Shown here: positions 51,626 through 63,012 of the stretch, one piece after another
Numbering within the stretch: the first letter of the stretch is position 1
How the letters are laid out: every line of letters begins with the position of its first letter
DNA from: Truepera sp.
GTDB lineage: Bacteria; Deinococcota; Deinococci; Deinococcales; Trueperaceae
Reading direction: 5' to 3'
NCBI GenBank assembly: GCA_965218435.1
Contig: CBDCKW010000009.1
Location: forward strand, 768,001-832,000
Length of the DNA stretch: 64,000 nt
Made by a program: the position numbers and the translations under genes
The notes under the pieces: model-generated
The model's input: the letters and a program-made list of their open reading frames with translations, nothing else
Database searches by the model: none
What the model was told of the DNA's origin: nothing

Positions 51626-51685
51626 CAATTCAAACGCCTGGATGGTCTCCGGGCGCTCAGCTGAAGTAAAGCAAGTTGGCGTGAG

Positions 51686-52525
51686 TTAGTCGCGCAAAAA
51701 GTCCAGCAGCAACTGATTAAACTTTTCGGTGTGGGTCAAGACTAAACCGTGCGGCGCACCTTCAAACACCTCGAGCCTACTCCCTGAAACGAGTTTATGC
51801 GCCTCTTGTGCACTGACCTCTAAGGGCACAATCTGGTCGGCGTCGCCGTGAACGAACATCGTCGGCACGTCAATTTTGGCCATATCAGGGCGGAAGTCGG
51901 TTTCGCCAAACGCCGTGATGCAGTCTAAGGTTCCTTTAGGTGACGCGTAAGAAGCGATGCTTAGGGTGTAACCGAGTGCCGGGTCACTGACCGCTGTACC
52001 GTCCGGCCCAACTCCTTTATCGTGGTTGACGAACATCTTGTTAAAGCCTTCCAAAAAGCCGATCCGGTCTGTTTTAACGTTTTGCTTAAACTCATCGAAG
52101 ACGCTTCTATCAACGCCGCTGGGATTGTCGTCAGTTTTAAGCATGTACGGCGTCACGGCGCTGACGAAGACTGCCTTAGACACACGCTCAGAACCGTACT
52201 GTCCAAAGTAACGCGCCACTTCGCCGCCGCCCATCGAAAAGCCGACCAACGTGGCGTCCTGGAGCTCGAGCGCACTAAGGAGCGCCTGTAAATCCGCTGA
52301 CATCGTGTTGTAGTCGTAACCGTCCCACGGTTTGTCCGAATCGCCAAAACCGCGCCGGTCGTAAGACACCACGCGGTAGCCCGCCTCGACGAGCGGCTGC
52401 ACCTGATACTCCCACATGCGGTGACTTAGCGGCCAGCCGTGGATCAGCACGACTGGTTTTCCCTGCCCGTAGTCTTCAAAGTAAAGGCTGACGGTCCCTT
52501 GTCCTTCGATCTTGAGAAAAGGCAT
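51686..52525 (-). CDS. Alpha/beta hydrolase (non-heme haloperoxidase/arylesterase)
   Basis: HGWPLS, YDRRGFG.S, GFSMGG, HGDADQIVP, GAPHG. Confidence 0.92.
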   Translation of the reverse strand: MPFLKIEGQGTVSLYFEDYGQGKPVVLIHGWPLSHRMWEYQVQPLVEAGYRVVSYDRRGFGDSDKPWDGYDYNTMSADLQALLSALELQDATLVGFSMGGGEVARYFGQYGSERVSKAVFVSAVTPYMLKTDDNPSGVDRSVFDEFKQNVKTDRIGFLEGFNKMFVNHDKGVGPDGTAVSDPALGYTLSIASYASPKGTLDCITAFGETDFRPDMAKIDVPTMFVHGDADQIVPLEVSAQEAHKLVSGSRLEVFEGAPHGLVLTHTEKFNQLLLDFLRD

Positions 52526-52868
52526 AGGTGTACACTCCTTTGGGGTAATATTTACGCCGTCCCCCGGCTTGCACAGCGGTAGTTATGACTATCGAACAAA
52601 ACGTTCGGACAAACAATGGTGCGGACTACAAGCGTCACGGGTGCGTCTTTATTGAGCAGGTATCATCGGGGCGGCAACGCTCACTATACAAGCCTTGCTG
52701 ACGAGCACGCACGTTTGGACGTGATTTTGGTCGCAACTTTTTGTGGAAACGTTGTTAGCCGAGCGCAAAGCCGACGAAGAGAAAAAAACCTCCTCTTCGT
52801 CCCTGGGGCCGAGTAAAGGTGTTTTTCGTCAAAAGCTTGCAGTTGGTACTGAACGCCTGAGCGTCAGC

Positions 52869-53456
52869 TTAGCTGCGTTTATAGATGTAACGCCCCAGCC
52901 ACGTACCCGCCAGCAAACCCGGTACCGCTAACGCGACGTAGAGCGGATTGGGGGCCGATGACGCACCCTCGAGCGGCGGCAGTTGCGGAAATCCGAGCTG
53001 CGGCAAGAGCGCCTTAAGCCCTTCGACGCCGAGTGCTAAGCCAAAACCGGCTAAAAGCGTGATGGTAAGCGCCTGCGTGACCCCACGGCGGTAAAGCCAC
53101 AGCACGAAGAAGTAGCCCAGGATCAGGTAGATAAATACGTGTGTCACGAACGAAAGCGTGGTCGTCTGCTGGGGTACGAACGCCTGCGAGACGATGACGG
53201 TGGTGGTAAAGAGCAGGTACGCCGTATTAAACACCGAGCGGCCCATCCCAGGTGCCGGACGCTCGTTTTGGCCCGAGTTACCCCCCTCACCCTTCTTCGT
53301 CCCCGTCGTTTTGGTCTCTGCCGTTTTCGCTGGTGAAGCACGTTTGGTCTGCGCTACCCGCACACGGTTCGTGCGGCGCAGCTCTTTACGCCGCTCCTGC
53401 TCGCGTTCACGCTTTTTGTCGGATTTTTCGTTTGCCCGTTTAAGTTGCCTGTTCAC
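52869..53456 (-). CDS. Hypothetical membrane protein with basic N-terminus
   Basis: K/R-rich N-terminus, four TM helices; TAGGCT box 6 nt before GTG. Confidence 0.7.
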   Translation of the reverse strand: MNRQLKRANEKSDKKREREQERRKELRRTNRVRVAQTKRASPAKTAETKTTGTKKGEGGNSGQNERPAPGMGRSVFNTAYLLFTTTVIVSQAFVPQQTTTLSFVTHVFIYLILGYFFVLWLYRRGVTQALTITLLAGFGLALGVEGLKALLPQLGFPQLPPLEGASSAPNPLYVALAVPGLLAGTWLGRYIYKRS

Positions 53457-53505
53457 CCGTTCAGCCTACCGCATCCGTTTGAGGTCACGCATCCCTCCTT
53501 GTCCC

Positions 53506-54846
53506 TTATCCGAGCGCCACATTCGCTGCGACCAAGAGAGGGTCCCAGGCACTGCTAAAAGGCGGCGCGTAGGCGAGGTCCAGGTCAGCGAGGTCTCGCA
53601 GCGTCCCTCGCTGAAAAAGCAGCGCCGCGAGGACGTCAATACGTTTTACGGCGTCGCCGTACCCGACAATCTGCCCGCCCAAAAGTCGCTCCGAACCCTG
53701 TTCCCAAACGAGCGTGACGCTCAGCGGCCGGTTGTCCGGATAATACCCGGCGTGGTCGGTCGTGCTGATGTCCTTGCTGCAGGCGTCGAACCCGGCGTCT
53801 TGCGCCGCTTTGAGCGTCAAGCCGGTGGTAGCGAACGCCCGCTCAAAAACTTTGGTGATGGCGGTTCCGGCGACGCCCCGAAAACGCCCCGGTTGCCCGC
53901 CCAAAAGCTTGCCCAACACACGGCCTTGCTTGTTGGCCACGTCACCGAGCGGTAACCAGGTGGGTTCACCGGTGACCACATGATGCACCGCCGTAAGGTC
54001 ACCGACGGCGTAAATGTCGGAGCGGCTGGTGCGGAGCTGATCGTCGGTCAGTACGGCGTTTGCGGGGCCGAGCTCGAGTTCTAACGCTTTCGCCAGGGCG
54101 TTGCTTGGCCGTGCGCCGACTGCGACCACCACCAAATCAGCGGAGAAACGTTCGTCTTCGGTCACGACCTCTCTGACCTGCGTGTCGCCCCCCAACCCCG
54201 TGACCTTTGCGCCCAAATGCACGCTGACACCGTTTTTTTGCACCTCTTCAAGTGCAGTCTTTGACGGCACCGGCCCAAAATTGCCCAAGAGCACGTCCCG
54301 CTGCTCTAAGACCCGCACCCTCAGACCCGCCGCTACCAAAGCTTCAGCGAGCTCGAGGCCGATATAGCTGCCCCCGATAATCACTGCTTCTTTCGCACCG
54401 CTTTGTACTGTTTTCTGAATCTCGGCGGCGTCTTCCACGATCCGCAAGACGTGAACGCCGCCTAAGTCAATCCCCGGCAGCGGCGGTTTGACCGGCACCG
54501 CTCCGGTGGCCAAGACGAGCTTGTCATAAGGTTCGGCAAACCTCTCACCGTTACTCAAGTTTTTTACGGTGACGGTTTTGGCGTCCGGGTCAACTTCGGT
54601 GACCTCGTGCCGCACCTTGACCGTGACGCCTTGTTCGGCCATGTCCTCAGGGGTACGCGCGATCAGCTTGTCTAAACTTTTGACGACGCCCCCGATGGCG
54701 TAGGGGAGGCCACACGCGCCGTATGAGATATAGTGACTTTTTTCAAAAACGGTGATGTCCAGCTCCGGACAGCTGCGTTTGGCTTTCGAGGCGGTGCTCA
54801 TCCCGGCGGCAACGCCGCCCACAACGACAATTTTGGGTTGCTTCAT
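53506..54846 (-). CDS. CoA-disulfide reductase/NADH oxidase family flavoprotein
   Basis: GGVAAG, SYGACGLPY, LATGA, YAVGD, DLAYAPPFS..WD. Confidence 0.92.
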   Translation of the reverse strand: MKQPKIVVVGGVAAGMSTASKAKRSCPELDITVFEKSHYISYGACGLPYAIGGVVKSLDKLIARTPEDMAEQGVTVKVRHEVTEVDPDAKTVTVKNLSNGERFAEPYDKLVLATGAVPVKPPLPGIDLGGVHVLRIVEDAAEIQKTVQSGAKEAVIIGGSYIGLELAEALVAAGLRVRVLEQRDVLLGNFGPVPSKTALEEVQKNGVSVHLGAKVTGLGGDTQVREVVTEDERFSADLVVVAVGARPSNALAKALELELGPANAVLTDDQLRTSRSDIYAVGDLTAVHHVVTGEPTWLPLGDVANKQGRVLGKLLGGQPGRFRGVAGTAITKVFERAFATTGLTLKAAQDAGFDACSKDISTTDHAGYYPDNRPLSVTLVWEQGSERLLGGQIVGYGDAVKRIDVLAALLFQRGTLRDLADLDLAYAPPFSSAWDPLLVAANVALG

Positions 54847-54979
54847 TCCACTAGTTTAGCGGTTAGACCGCGCGGTAAAGCCAGCCTCCGACACGGCGAC
54901 GACGTGATGACGGTGTGTAAACGCCCCAAGTCGCGGCGCAGCTGAACACAGCGTAGCGTGGACGTTTTACGATACAGGC

Positions 54980-56158
54980 ATGACGCACGCTCCACCTCAA
55001 CTTTTACCGACTACCGACGCGCTGCTGGGGGACGCCGCCGTCCGTTTCGGTACGCCCCTCTATCTTTACGACCTGGACACCATCACCTCCCAAGTTGTGC
55101 AGGCACGAAAAGCCCTTCCCACGGCTGAGCTATTTTTTGCCGTAAAAGCCAATCCTTGCGGCGCGGTGCTGCGTCACTTGGCCCATCTAGGGCTCGGTGC
55201 GGAGGTCATCAGCGAAGGTGAACTGGCCCGCGCCCTCCGCGCCGGAATTTCCAAAGAGCGTATCCTGTTGGGCGGCCCCCGCCAAGATGCGCGGCTCGTG
55301 GCGGCGGCTCGTGCTGCCCGAATCGGTTGGGTCAGCCTCGATAGCCTGTCTCAAGCTGAAGCTTGGGCGCAACACGCTGACGAGATCAAGTTTTTAGTTC
55401 GTCTCAACCCGGCGCTCGACCCCCGCACGCATGAACACTTGGCGACGGGCGCGGCTACGTCAAAGTTCGGGATGACCTTTGATGAGACAATTCACGTCGC
55501 TGAGCGGTTAGGGGAGAGGCTGGCCGGTTTTCACATTCATATCGGTTCGCAGATTACGGAACTTGCGGTTTATGACGAGGTGTTCCGTCAGCTGGCAAGC
55601 TTACTCGAGCGTTTTCCCCAGGTCACGACGCTTGACTTAGGCGGCGGCTTCGCCGTGCCGGATTTCCCGCTGGGGGCGTTTGCCGAAAAGGTCACGCCGT
55701 TTGTCGGGGCGCGGAGGCTCTTGCTCGAGCCCGGACGTTTTCTCGTCGCGGAGAGCGGGACGCTGGTGACTCGAGTCTTACACGTCAAAAACGGCCCCGT
55801 AAAGCATGTGATCTGCGACGCAGGCATGGCCGACCTTTTGCGCCCGGCGCTCTACGGTGCGCGTCACCCGGTTCGTGCGCTTGGCAAAAACATGAGTAAA
55901 GACGGTCCTCTGCAAACGGTAGATGTTGACGGCCCCTTGTGCGAAAACGCCGACCGTTTGGGGCGCGGCGTACAGCTCCCTGACGTTCAACCTGGTGACC
56001 TCTTGGCAGTGTCCGAAGCGGGCGCTTACGGCCTGAGCATGAGTTTGCACTACGCGTCGTCGTTACGGCCAGCCGAGGCGATTATCGAACACGGTCAGCT
56101 GCGGCTCGTCACAAAACGCGAAACGGTAGAAGAGTTGTGGAGGCTCGAGCGTGAGTAA
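54980..56158 (+). CDS. lysA: Diaminopimelate decarboxylase family (group IV PLP decarboxylase)
   Basis: FAVKAN, SKFG, HIHIGSQ, DLGGG, EPGR, RPALYGA.H, GPLCE..D, GAYG.SM. Confidence 0.85.
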   Translation: MTHAPPQLLPTTDALLGDAAVRFGTPLYLYDLDTITSQVVQARKALPTAELFFAVKANPCGAVLRHLAHLGLGAEVISEGELARALRAGISKERILLGGPRQDARLVAAARAARIGWVSLDSLSQAEAWAQHADEIKFLVRLNPALDPRTHEHLATGAATSKFGMTFDETIHVAERLGERLAGFHIHIGSQITELAVYDEVFRQLASLLERFPQVTTLDLGGGFAVPDFPLGAFAEKVTPFVGARRLLLEPGRFLVAESGTLVTRVLHVKNGPVKHVICDAGMADLLRPALYGARHPVRALGKNMSKDGPLQTVDVDGPLCENADRLGRGVQLPDVQPGDLLAVSEAGAYGLSMSLHYASSLRPAEAIIEHGQLRLVTKRETVEELWRLERE

Positions 56159-57002
56159 AGACGATTTTGGGGCAGAACTGACTCCGCTTTTTAAGACGTT
56201 TTCCGGCGAGGTGAGCGTCGCCTATGCACGCTTAGACGGCGCTGAAAGCTACACCTACCGCGCTACCGAACCGACCTCAGCTGCGAGCCTGATCAAGCTG
56301 CCGATTTTGCTCACGGTTTTAGAGCGCGTTTCTCAGGAAAAACTAAAGCTGGATGAACGTACCTCGCTGAAAGCTACCGATCAGGTCGGTGGCTCCGGCA
56401 TCTTGCACACGTTGCAGGCCGGTCTCGAGCCGACGCTCCACGACCTCTTAACCTTGATGATGATTGTGAGCGACAACACCGCGACGAATATCCTGATTGG
56501 GCGTGTGGGGCAAGACGCCATCAATACCTTTTGTCAGCAGCACGGCCTCAGCGGGACGAAGCTCGTCGGTAAATTGCAACTCCCGGAAATTGGGCAAAAC
56601 GAGGCGCAGCGGCGCGGTGAGCGCAACACGACCTGCGCCGCCGATATGTTGGGCTTGCTGCTAGGTCTAGTCCGTGGCGATCTGTTACCCCCAGCTGAGA
56701 CCGAACTCGCGCTAGACATCCTCAAAAAACAGCAATATACCGAGGCGTTGGCCCGCTACCTCCCGACCGACCCGGAGCTCGACACGCCTTATATTGAGGT
56801 CGCCTCAAAAAGTGGGTGCTTGAGCGGCGTGTGGCACGACGCCGGAATCGTCTTTTCGGAGGGGCAACCGCTTTACGCGCTTGTCGTGATGACCAGTGGG
56901 TCTCGAGACCGGCGCTTTCATTTTGAGCAAGAAGGGATGCTGCTGATTGGCGAGGTCTCGAGGCGTATCTACGGGCGCGTCGCCGCTCCCGAAGCCACTT
57001 GA
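56151..57002 (+). CDS. Class A beta-lactamase-like serine hydrolase
   Basis: SLIK, SDN and KSG motifs; no signal peptide. Confidence 0.85.
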   Translation: MSKDDFGAELTPLFKTFSGEVSVAYARLDGAESYTYRATEPTSAASLIKLPILLTVLERVSQEKLKLDERTSLKATDQVGGSGILHTLQAGLEPTLHDLLTLMMIVSDNTATNILIGRVGQDAINTFCQQHGLSGTKLVGKLQLPEIGQNEAQRRGERNTTCAADMLGLLLGLVRGDLLPPAETELALDILKKQQYTEALARYLPTDPELDTPYIEVASKSGCLSGVWHDAGIVFSEGQPLYALVVMTSGSRDRRFHFEQEGMLLIGEVSRRIYGRVAAPEAT

Positions 57003-57088
57003 GGTATGTGTAAGCTACCTGCCGGTACGCGTCTCCATCCTATTTTAGGGTAGTAATAGTAAAAACAGATCATCACCTGGAGGTTGAT

Positions 57089-58102
57089 ATGCTGTTTGTC
57101 ACCAAACGTCCCCTGTTGTCTCTGAGTACCGCACTTTTACTATTTACCGCTGCGTGTAACCGAAATGAAATTCCAGTGCTGCCCGCACCGCCCACGACGC
57201 CTGCGCCCCCGACAACGCCCGCACCGCCCACAACCCCGACGCCTCCTGCCGCGCCCGCAACGATTGCCCTGCCGAACGGCTTTCAACCTGAAGGCATCGC
57301 TGCCGGTACAGGGACGACGCTCTACGCCGGCTCACTGGCAGATGGGGCGGTCTACCAGCTTGACGTCGCTACGGGTGAGGGAAGTTTCCTCGTTAAAGGC
57401 AAAGACGGACGCGTCAACGTCGGTCTGACCTTTGATAGCCGTACCGGTTACCTCTTCGCCGCTGGTGGCCCAACGGGTAAAGCTCAAGTCTACGACACCA
57501 AAGCCGGAAAGTTGCTGCAAACCTATACCCTTAACAGCAACGGGACGTTTGTCAACGACGCTGTTCTGAGCGGCAATAATGTCTACTTTACGAACTCGAA
57601 TCGGTCGGTCTTTTACCGTTTAGCACTCGGTGAAGAGGGCGCACTTCCTAAAAAGAACAGCGGCGTGACCGAACTGCCGCTTACCGGCGCGTTTACGTTA
57701 GCGCCGGACCCGGCGGCGCTCAACGCCAACGGCATTGCCGCAGCTGACGACGGCACCCTAATTATCGTCAAGAGTGCGACCGGGCAGCTCTTTAAGGTCA
57801 ATCCGGAGACCGGCGAAGCGGTAGAGATTGATTTAGGAGACGCTAACGTCACCAACGGCGACGGCCTTTTACTTAATGGCAACACGCTCTACGTCGTGCA
57901 AAACCGGGATAACCAGATCGCGGTAGTAGATTTGTCGGCGGACCTTGCAAGCGGCACCATCAGCAACACGCTGACCAATCCTGCGTTTGACGTACCGACG
58001 ACGCTGGCCGCTGTAGACGGCACACTTTACGCGGTCAACGCCCGGTTTGGCACTGATCCGACGCCGGATACAGAGTACGCAGTCGTCAAAGTCGAGCAGT
58101 AA
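57089..58102 (+). CDS. Beta-propeller lipoprotein (SMP-30/gluconolactonase-like) with Pro/Thr linker
   Basis: Lipobox TAAC, (PAPPTT)x3, LPNGFQPEGI, FVND, ANGI, GDGL, PTT..VNARF. Confidence 0.8.
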   Translation: MLFVTKRPLLSLSTALLLFTAACNRNEIPVLPAPPTTPAPPTTPAPPTTPTPPAAPATIALPNGFQPEGIAAGTGTTLYAGSLADGAVYQLDVATGEGSFLVKGKDGRVNVGLTFDSRTGYLFAAGGPTGKAQVYDTKAGKLLQTYTLNSNGTFVNDAVLSGNNVYFTNSNRSVFYRLALGEEGALPKKNSGVTELPLTGAFTLAPDPAALNANGIAAADDGTLIIVKSATGQLFKVNPETGEAVEIDLGDANVTNGDGLLLNGNTLYVVQNRDNQIAVVDLSADLASGTISNTLTNPAFDVPTTLAAVDGTLYAVNARFGTDPTPDTEYAVVKVEQ

Positions 58103-58137
58103 AGCGTCCTTCGCGGCGTTGGCATAGCCTAGTTCAA

Positions 58138-58184
58138 CTAAAAAGCTACGGACTTTGCTGCTTACAAAGTCCGTAGCTTTTTAG
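58138..58184. terminator. Bidirectional intrinsic terminator
   Basis: Perfect 20-bp inverted repeat CTAAAAAGCTACGGACTTTG/CAAAGTCCGTAGCTTTTTAG. Confidence 0.85.
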
Positions 58185-58672
58185 GGTGCGCTCAAACTAG
58201 AGTTCGGCGATAAGTACAACTTCACCTGACTTCACAGCCTTTTACCTAGCGTTAACCAGCAGCTATTAAAATCGGTAGCGACTTGCAGATGAGTCGGAGG
58301 GAGAAGGTTTTGGTGGGAAAAACCACAAGCAGCTGACGAGCGCGGCGCACCGATTCTAAGTAGCCAGCGTACCAGAGACCTCAACCCCGCTGCCTCAAAG
58401 CTGTGAGCTGTCAAGGTAGTGCTGAGTTGGTAGTACTACCTAGCGCATCTATAGCTGACACCTCACAGATAACGCCAGCGAGTTGACCCAAAAATATCTC
58501 CATCTATGTAATTAGGTGCGGTCTTGGGAGGCAGATCAGAAAAGCAACAAAGCATACAAACACAGCACTAACATCTGCACCAAGCTCACTGAGTACGTGT
58601 TGGCGAATAGGGCAAAACGGCTTCTCCCTCCACCCACTGCCGAGAGCGAAACTAGAAACGGAGATAAAACCC

Positions 58673-61024
58673 ATGACGACATCTGCAAAAGATCACCCTG
58701 ACATGACTAACGGCGGCCATGACACGACCACGAAGGTCACGGGCCGCGCGGCAACTACGGGCGCTTGCCCATTCCGCGGCACCCGTATCGGCGGCGCTAT
58801 CGGTTCGGAACCGCAGCTCGATACCTGGTGGCCGAACCGCCTCAAGGTCGAACTCTTGCATCAGAACCCGCCTCAGGCCAACCCGCTCCGGGATGTCAAC
58901 TACGCGGAAGCGTTCTCGCAGCTTGATTACCACGCGCTCAAAGCCGACATCAAGGCGCTCCTCCAGTCTTCTGTAGACTGGTGGCCGTCGGACTACGGCA
59001 ACTACGGGCCGCAGATGATCCGGATGGCGTGGCACTCGGCGGGTACCTACCGCATCGCCGACGGGCGTGGCGGCGCGGGGCAGGGGATGCAGCGCTTTGC
59101 GCCGATTAACTCGTGGTGGGACAACGGCAACACCGATAAGTCGCGTCGGCTCTTAGCGCCCATCAAGCAGAAGTACGGCGCGGCGCTCAGCTGGGCCGAC
59201 CTGCTGATCTTGACTGGTAATGTCGCCTTAGAGGAGATGGGCTTTCCGACTTTCGGCTTCGGCGGTGGCCGCCTTGACGCTTGGGCGGCCGACACCGCTA
59301 CCTACTGGGGTCCCGAAGGCTGGGAGGGTAAGGAGCACGTAGGCCACCCCGACGAGATGGTCAACTTGGGCAAACGCTGGCAGGGCAACCCTAAACAGGA
59401 CTATTGGGACCTCGAGAACCCGGTCGCAGCGTCGCACCAGGCGCTGATCTACGTCAACCCGGAGGGTCCGGATAAAAATGGCGACCCGCTGGACAGTGCG
59501 CGCGAAATCCGCGAGAGCTTCGCGCGGATGGCGATGAACGACGAGGAGACCGTCGCGCTGATCGCCGGGGGTCACGCTTTCGGCAAGTCGCACGGGATGG
59601 TCGCGCCGGACAAAATCGGCCCCGCACCGGAGGCGGCTACCATGTCGCTCCAGGGTCTCGGCTGGCACAATCCCGAGGGCAGCGGCAACGCCGAGCACAC
59701 GATGACCAACGGCATCGAGGGCTCGTGGACACCGAACCCGACGATGTGGGACAACGCCTACCTTACGAACCTCTTCAAGTATGAGTGGGAGCAGACGAAG
59801 AGTCCCGCAGGTGCGCTTCAGTGGACACCGGTTGACCCGGACGCGCCCAAGACGCCTGACGCTCATATAGGGGGCCAGCAGAACGACCTGATGATGATGA
59901 CAACCGACATCGCGCTGAAGCGGGACCCGGCGTATCACGAGGTCTGCCAGCGGTTCCTGGGCGACTTTGACTACTTCACCGACGCCTTCTCGCGGGCCTG
60001 GTACAAGCTGACCCACCGCGACATGGGGCCGATAGACCGTTACGTCGGCCCGGAGGTGCCGGAGGTGGTCCTCCCCTGGCAGGACCCGATTCCAGCGCTC
60101 GAACACGAGGTCGTGAATGACGCGGACATCGCCCAGCTCAAGGGGACGATCTTAGACAGCGGTCTGTCGGTGTCGGCGTTGGTGTCGGCGGCTTGGGCCT
60201 CGGCCTCGAGCTACCGCGACAGCGACAAACGCGGCGGCGCGAACGGCGCACGTGTGCGGCTCGAGCCGCAAAAGGACTGGGCGGTCAACCACCCCGACCA
60301 ACTGGCAGAAACGCTTCAAACGCTCGGGGGCGTTCAGTCTAACTTTAACAGTGCCCAGTCAGGTGGCAAAAAGGTGTCTATGGCTGACCTGATCGTCCTC
60401 GGCGGTGTCGCCGCGGTTGAGCAGGCGGCCAAGGACGCGGGCGTTGAGGTGAGCGTCCCCTTTGTGCCGGGCCGGATGGACACGACCCAGGAGCTGACCG
60501 ACGGTGAGAGCTTCGAGTGGCTTAAACCCGTTGTGGACGGTTTCCGCAACTACGTCAACGAAGAGGTTAAATACAACGTCGCGCCCGAGCATCTCTTCCT
60601 CGACAAGGCGCAGCTGTTGACCCTGACCGCCCCCGAGTGGACGGCCCTGGCGGGCGGCCTCAAAGTCTTGGGTATCAACTACGACAGCTCTGAGCACGGC
60701 TTGTTCACTGACCGGCCGGGCGTCCTGACCAACGACTTTTTCAAGGTGCTGACCTCGATGGACTACGCGTGGAAGCCGCAAGACGGGCGCGAGCTGACGT
60801 TTGACATCACCGACCGCAAGACCGGCGAGACTAAGTTCACGGCTACACGTTGCGACTTGGTGTTCGGCGCGAACGCGCAGCTGCGCCAAATCGCCGAGGT
60901 CTACGCTGCAAACGACGGCCACGAGCGGCTGGTCAAAGACTTCGCTAAAGCTTGGCACAAAGTGATGATGCTCGACCGTTACGACGTGCCGGAAGCGCAC
61001 GCCGAAGCCACCTCAACTTGCTGA
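58673..61024 (+). CDS. katG: Catalase-peroxidase
   Basis: [60 protein letters not shown]. Confidence 0.98.
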   Translation: MTTSAKDHPDMTNGGHDTTTKVTGRAATTGACPFRGTRIGGAIGSEPQLDTWWPNRLKVELLHQNPPQANPLRDVNYAEAFSQLDYHALKADIKALLQSSVDWWPSDYGNYGPQMIRMAWHSAGTYRIADGRGGAGQGMQRFAPINSWWDNGNTDKSRRLLAPIKQKYGAALSWADLLILTGNVALEEMGFPTFGFGGGRLDAWAADTATYWGPEGWEGKEHVGHPDEMVNLGKRWQGNPKQDYWDLENPVAASHQALIYVNPEGPDKNGDPLDSAREIRESFARMAMNDEETVALIAGGHAFGKSHGMVAPDKIGPAPEAATMSLQGLGWHNPEGSGNAEHTMTNGIEGSWTPNPTMWDNAYLTNLFKYEWEQTKSPAGALQWTPVDPDAPKTPDAHIGGQQNDLMMMTTDIALKRDPAYHEVCQRFLGDFDYFTDAFSRAWYKLTHRDMGPIDRYVGPEVPEVVLPWQDPIPALEHEVVNDADIAQLKGTILDSGLSVSALVSAAWASASSYRDSDKRGGANGARVRLEPQKDWAVNHPDQLAETLQTLGGVQSNFNSAQSGGKKVSMADLIVLGGVAAVEQAAKDAGVEVSVPFVPGRMDTTQELTDGESFEWLKPVVDGFRNYVNEEVKYNVAPEHLFLDKAQLLTLTAPEWTALAGGLKVLGINYDSSEHGLFTDRPGVLTNDFFKVLTSMDYAWKPQDGRELTFDITDRKTGETKFTATRCDLVFGANAQLRQIAEVYAANDGHERLVKDFAKAWHKVMMLDRYDVPEAHAEATSTC

Positions 61025-61050
61025 CTGATAGAACGAGGCGATAACAGAGT

Positions 61051-61077
61051 GGGTCTGCTTTGGCAGGCCCCTTTTTT
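61051..61077 (+). terminator. katG terminator
   Basis: GGGTCTGC-TTTG-GCAGGCCC followed by TTTTTT. Confidence 0.8.
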
Positions 61078-61410
61078 GTGTGCATCCGATTTTATGTGCA
61101 TCCGACCGGGGATGTCCCAGGAAGACGTGACCTGTTTTGAGCTGAGTTCGGACCCATAACGCAGAATCTCCCAAGCTGGCGTTGAAAACCTATCAAGGCG
61201 ATACGGTTATGGGTTCACTCGAGCTATTTTGTTGAAGTAACCCATTTTTACCGGGAGTTTGAGCTGGGGGTTGGTCTTTAACAGTTGCCGAGTGTCCACC
61301 ATGCGACGCTGCGACCCCACGTTTCAGCGAACCGCCGCGTACACAGCGTGACGTTGGCTTGCACCAGCCCGCTGCCTAAGCGTGCGCCCTGATTACGGCT
61401 ACGCGCACCC

Positions 61411-63012
61411 CTACTCGAGCGTCAACACAAACGCGTACAGCTCGGGGCTACCGGCGTGCAACTCGAGCTCGAGCCCGTCAAACTGTTCGGCGAGCTGTTT
61501 ATGAAGCGCCTCGGCCCGTTCGCGGCCTACCGCTGAACTGTAAAAAAGCACGCCCAACTCGTAGTCCGCCGCGACGTTTTCGACGAGCTCGCTCATGCAC
61601 GTTTCGGGTGACGCTGCCGCAGCCTTGAGCTGACCGTTTTGCAACCCGATAAACTCGCCTTCGGTGACCGCAACGCCTTCAACCACGGCCGTACGGCTCG
61701 CCTTGGTGACCTCGAGGGTACAAGCGTGCTCGGCAGCCTCTTGCAGCTTACCGTAAAGCTCGTCTACCTCGCTGTTTTCATCGAATAAGACGGCCGCGGC
61801 CAGACCTTCACCGAGAGTTCGCGTCGGCAGCACCCGGATGTGCTTCTCGGGAATGAGTTCGCCGACCCGCTCGGCGGCCATGATGATGTTTTTGTTGTTC
61901 GGCATGATGATCACATCAGTGGCCCCGACGCTCCGCACTGCGTCGGCGATGTCTTGCACGCTCGGGTTGTTCGTCTGACCGCCCCCGACCACGCGTGCGC
62001 CGAGGCTGCGAAACACTTTGGTAACGCCAAACCCCGCACTGACCGCGACGAGCGCCGTTTTCGGCGGCGTAATCCCGCTCGGGTCGGCACCGGCCAGAAT
62101 CTCCTGGTGCTGCTCGCTCATGTCTTCGACTTTGGTCCTGACGACTGTACCGTAACGCGCGACGAGGGCGAGGAGTTGTTCGGGTTCTTCGGTGTGAATA
62201 TGGCCTTTGACGTACCCTTCTGCGCCGACGACGAGGAGCGAATTGCCAAAGCTCTCAACCTCGGCCTGAATCTCTTCGGTCGGTACCGTCACATCGGAAA
62301 GCAAGAATTCAGTACAAAACCCGAACTCCTGCTCTGCAAACGCCTCTTGTGCGTGCTTGGTGACGGTGGGGGGCGGTGGCAGCTCGCGCCCTTCAAACGA
62401 CGCGATAATGCCCTCGAGCACGCGTAAAAACCCTAAACCACCCGAATCTACGACGCCCGCTTGCTTGAGCATTGGAAGCTGGTCGGGCGTGCCTTGGAGC
62501 GCCTTATCCCCGGCTTTTAGGGCGTCACGGAGCACCTCTAAAGGAGACACCGATGCTGCGCCCTCAGCACCCTCCGCCGCTGAGCGCACCACGGTTAAAA
62601 TCGTGCCTTCGACGGGTTTCATTACGGCAGCGTAGGCACTCTTCGACGCACTTTTAAGTGCCTCAACCACCGCTTTACTCCCAAGCGTCCTTTGGCCTTT
62701 GATGCTTTCGGCAAAGCCTTTAAGGATTTGACTTAAAATCACGCCCGAGTTGCCACGTGCGCCGAGCAGCGAGCCGTAAGAGAGGGCGTGCGCGAGTTCG
62801 CCCATCGTTTTAGGGGCGGCGTTACTGAGCTGCTGCCGTACCGACTGCATCGTCAGGTGCATGTTGGTCCCGGTATCGCCGTCAGGGACAGGGTAGACGT
62901 TGAGCGCGTTGACCTCTTCGACGTAGACGCCGAGCCAGTCGGTCGCGTAGGCGAAGGCGCACGCTAAAGCCGGAGCCTCGAGCAGCGGTTCGACCGGAGC
63001 GACCTGAGTCAC
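61411..63012 (-). CDS. fakA: DAK2-domain fatty acid kinase subunit A (YloV family)
   Basis: LNVYPVPDGDTGTNM, GARGNSGVILSQ, PVEGTILTV, VDSGG.G, GGQTNNPS, PNNKNI. Start taken at GTG 63012. Confidence 0.93.
   Translation of the reverse strand: MTQVAPVEPLLEAPALACAFAYATDWLGVYVEEVNALNVYPVPDGDTGTNMHLTMQSVRQQLSNAAPKTMGELAHALSYGSLLGARGNSGVILSQILKGFAESIKGQRTLGSKAVVEALKSASKSAYAAVMKPVEGTILTVVRSAAEGAEGAASVSPLEVLRDALKAGDKALQGTPDQLPMLKQAGVVDSGGLGFLRVLEGIIASFEGRELPPPPTVTKHAQEAFAEQEFGFCTEFLLSDVTVPTEEIQAEVESFGNSLLVVGAEGYVKGHIHTEEPEQLLALVARYGTVVRTKVEDMSEQHQEILAGADPSGITPPKTALVAVSAGFGVTKVFRSLGARVVGGGQTNNPSVQDIADAVRSVGATDVIIMPNNKNIIMAAERVGELIPEKHIRVLPTRTLGEGLAAAVLFDENSEVDELYGKLQEAAEHACTLEVTKASRTAVVEGVAVTEGEFIGLQNGQLKAAAASPETCMSELVENVAADYELGVLFYSSAVGRERAEALHKQLAEQFDGLELELHAGSPELYAFVLTLE

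Noticed and set aside
56151..57002. True beta-lactamase resistance gene
   Set aside because: No signal peptide, no recognisable omega-loop Glu motif, and coupled to lysA; more likely a cytoplasmic peptidoglycan-related hydrolase.
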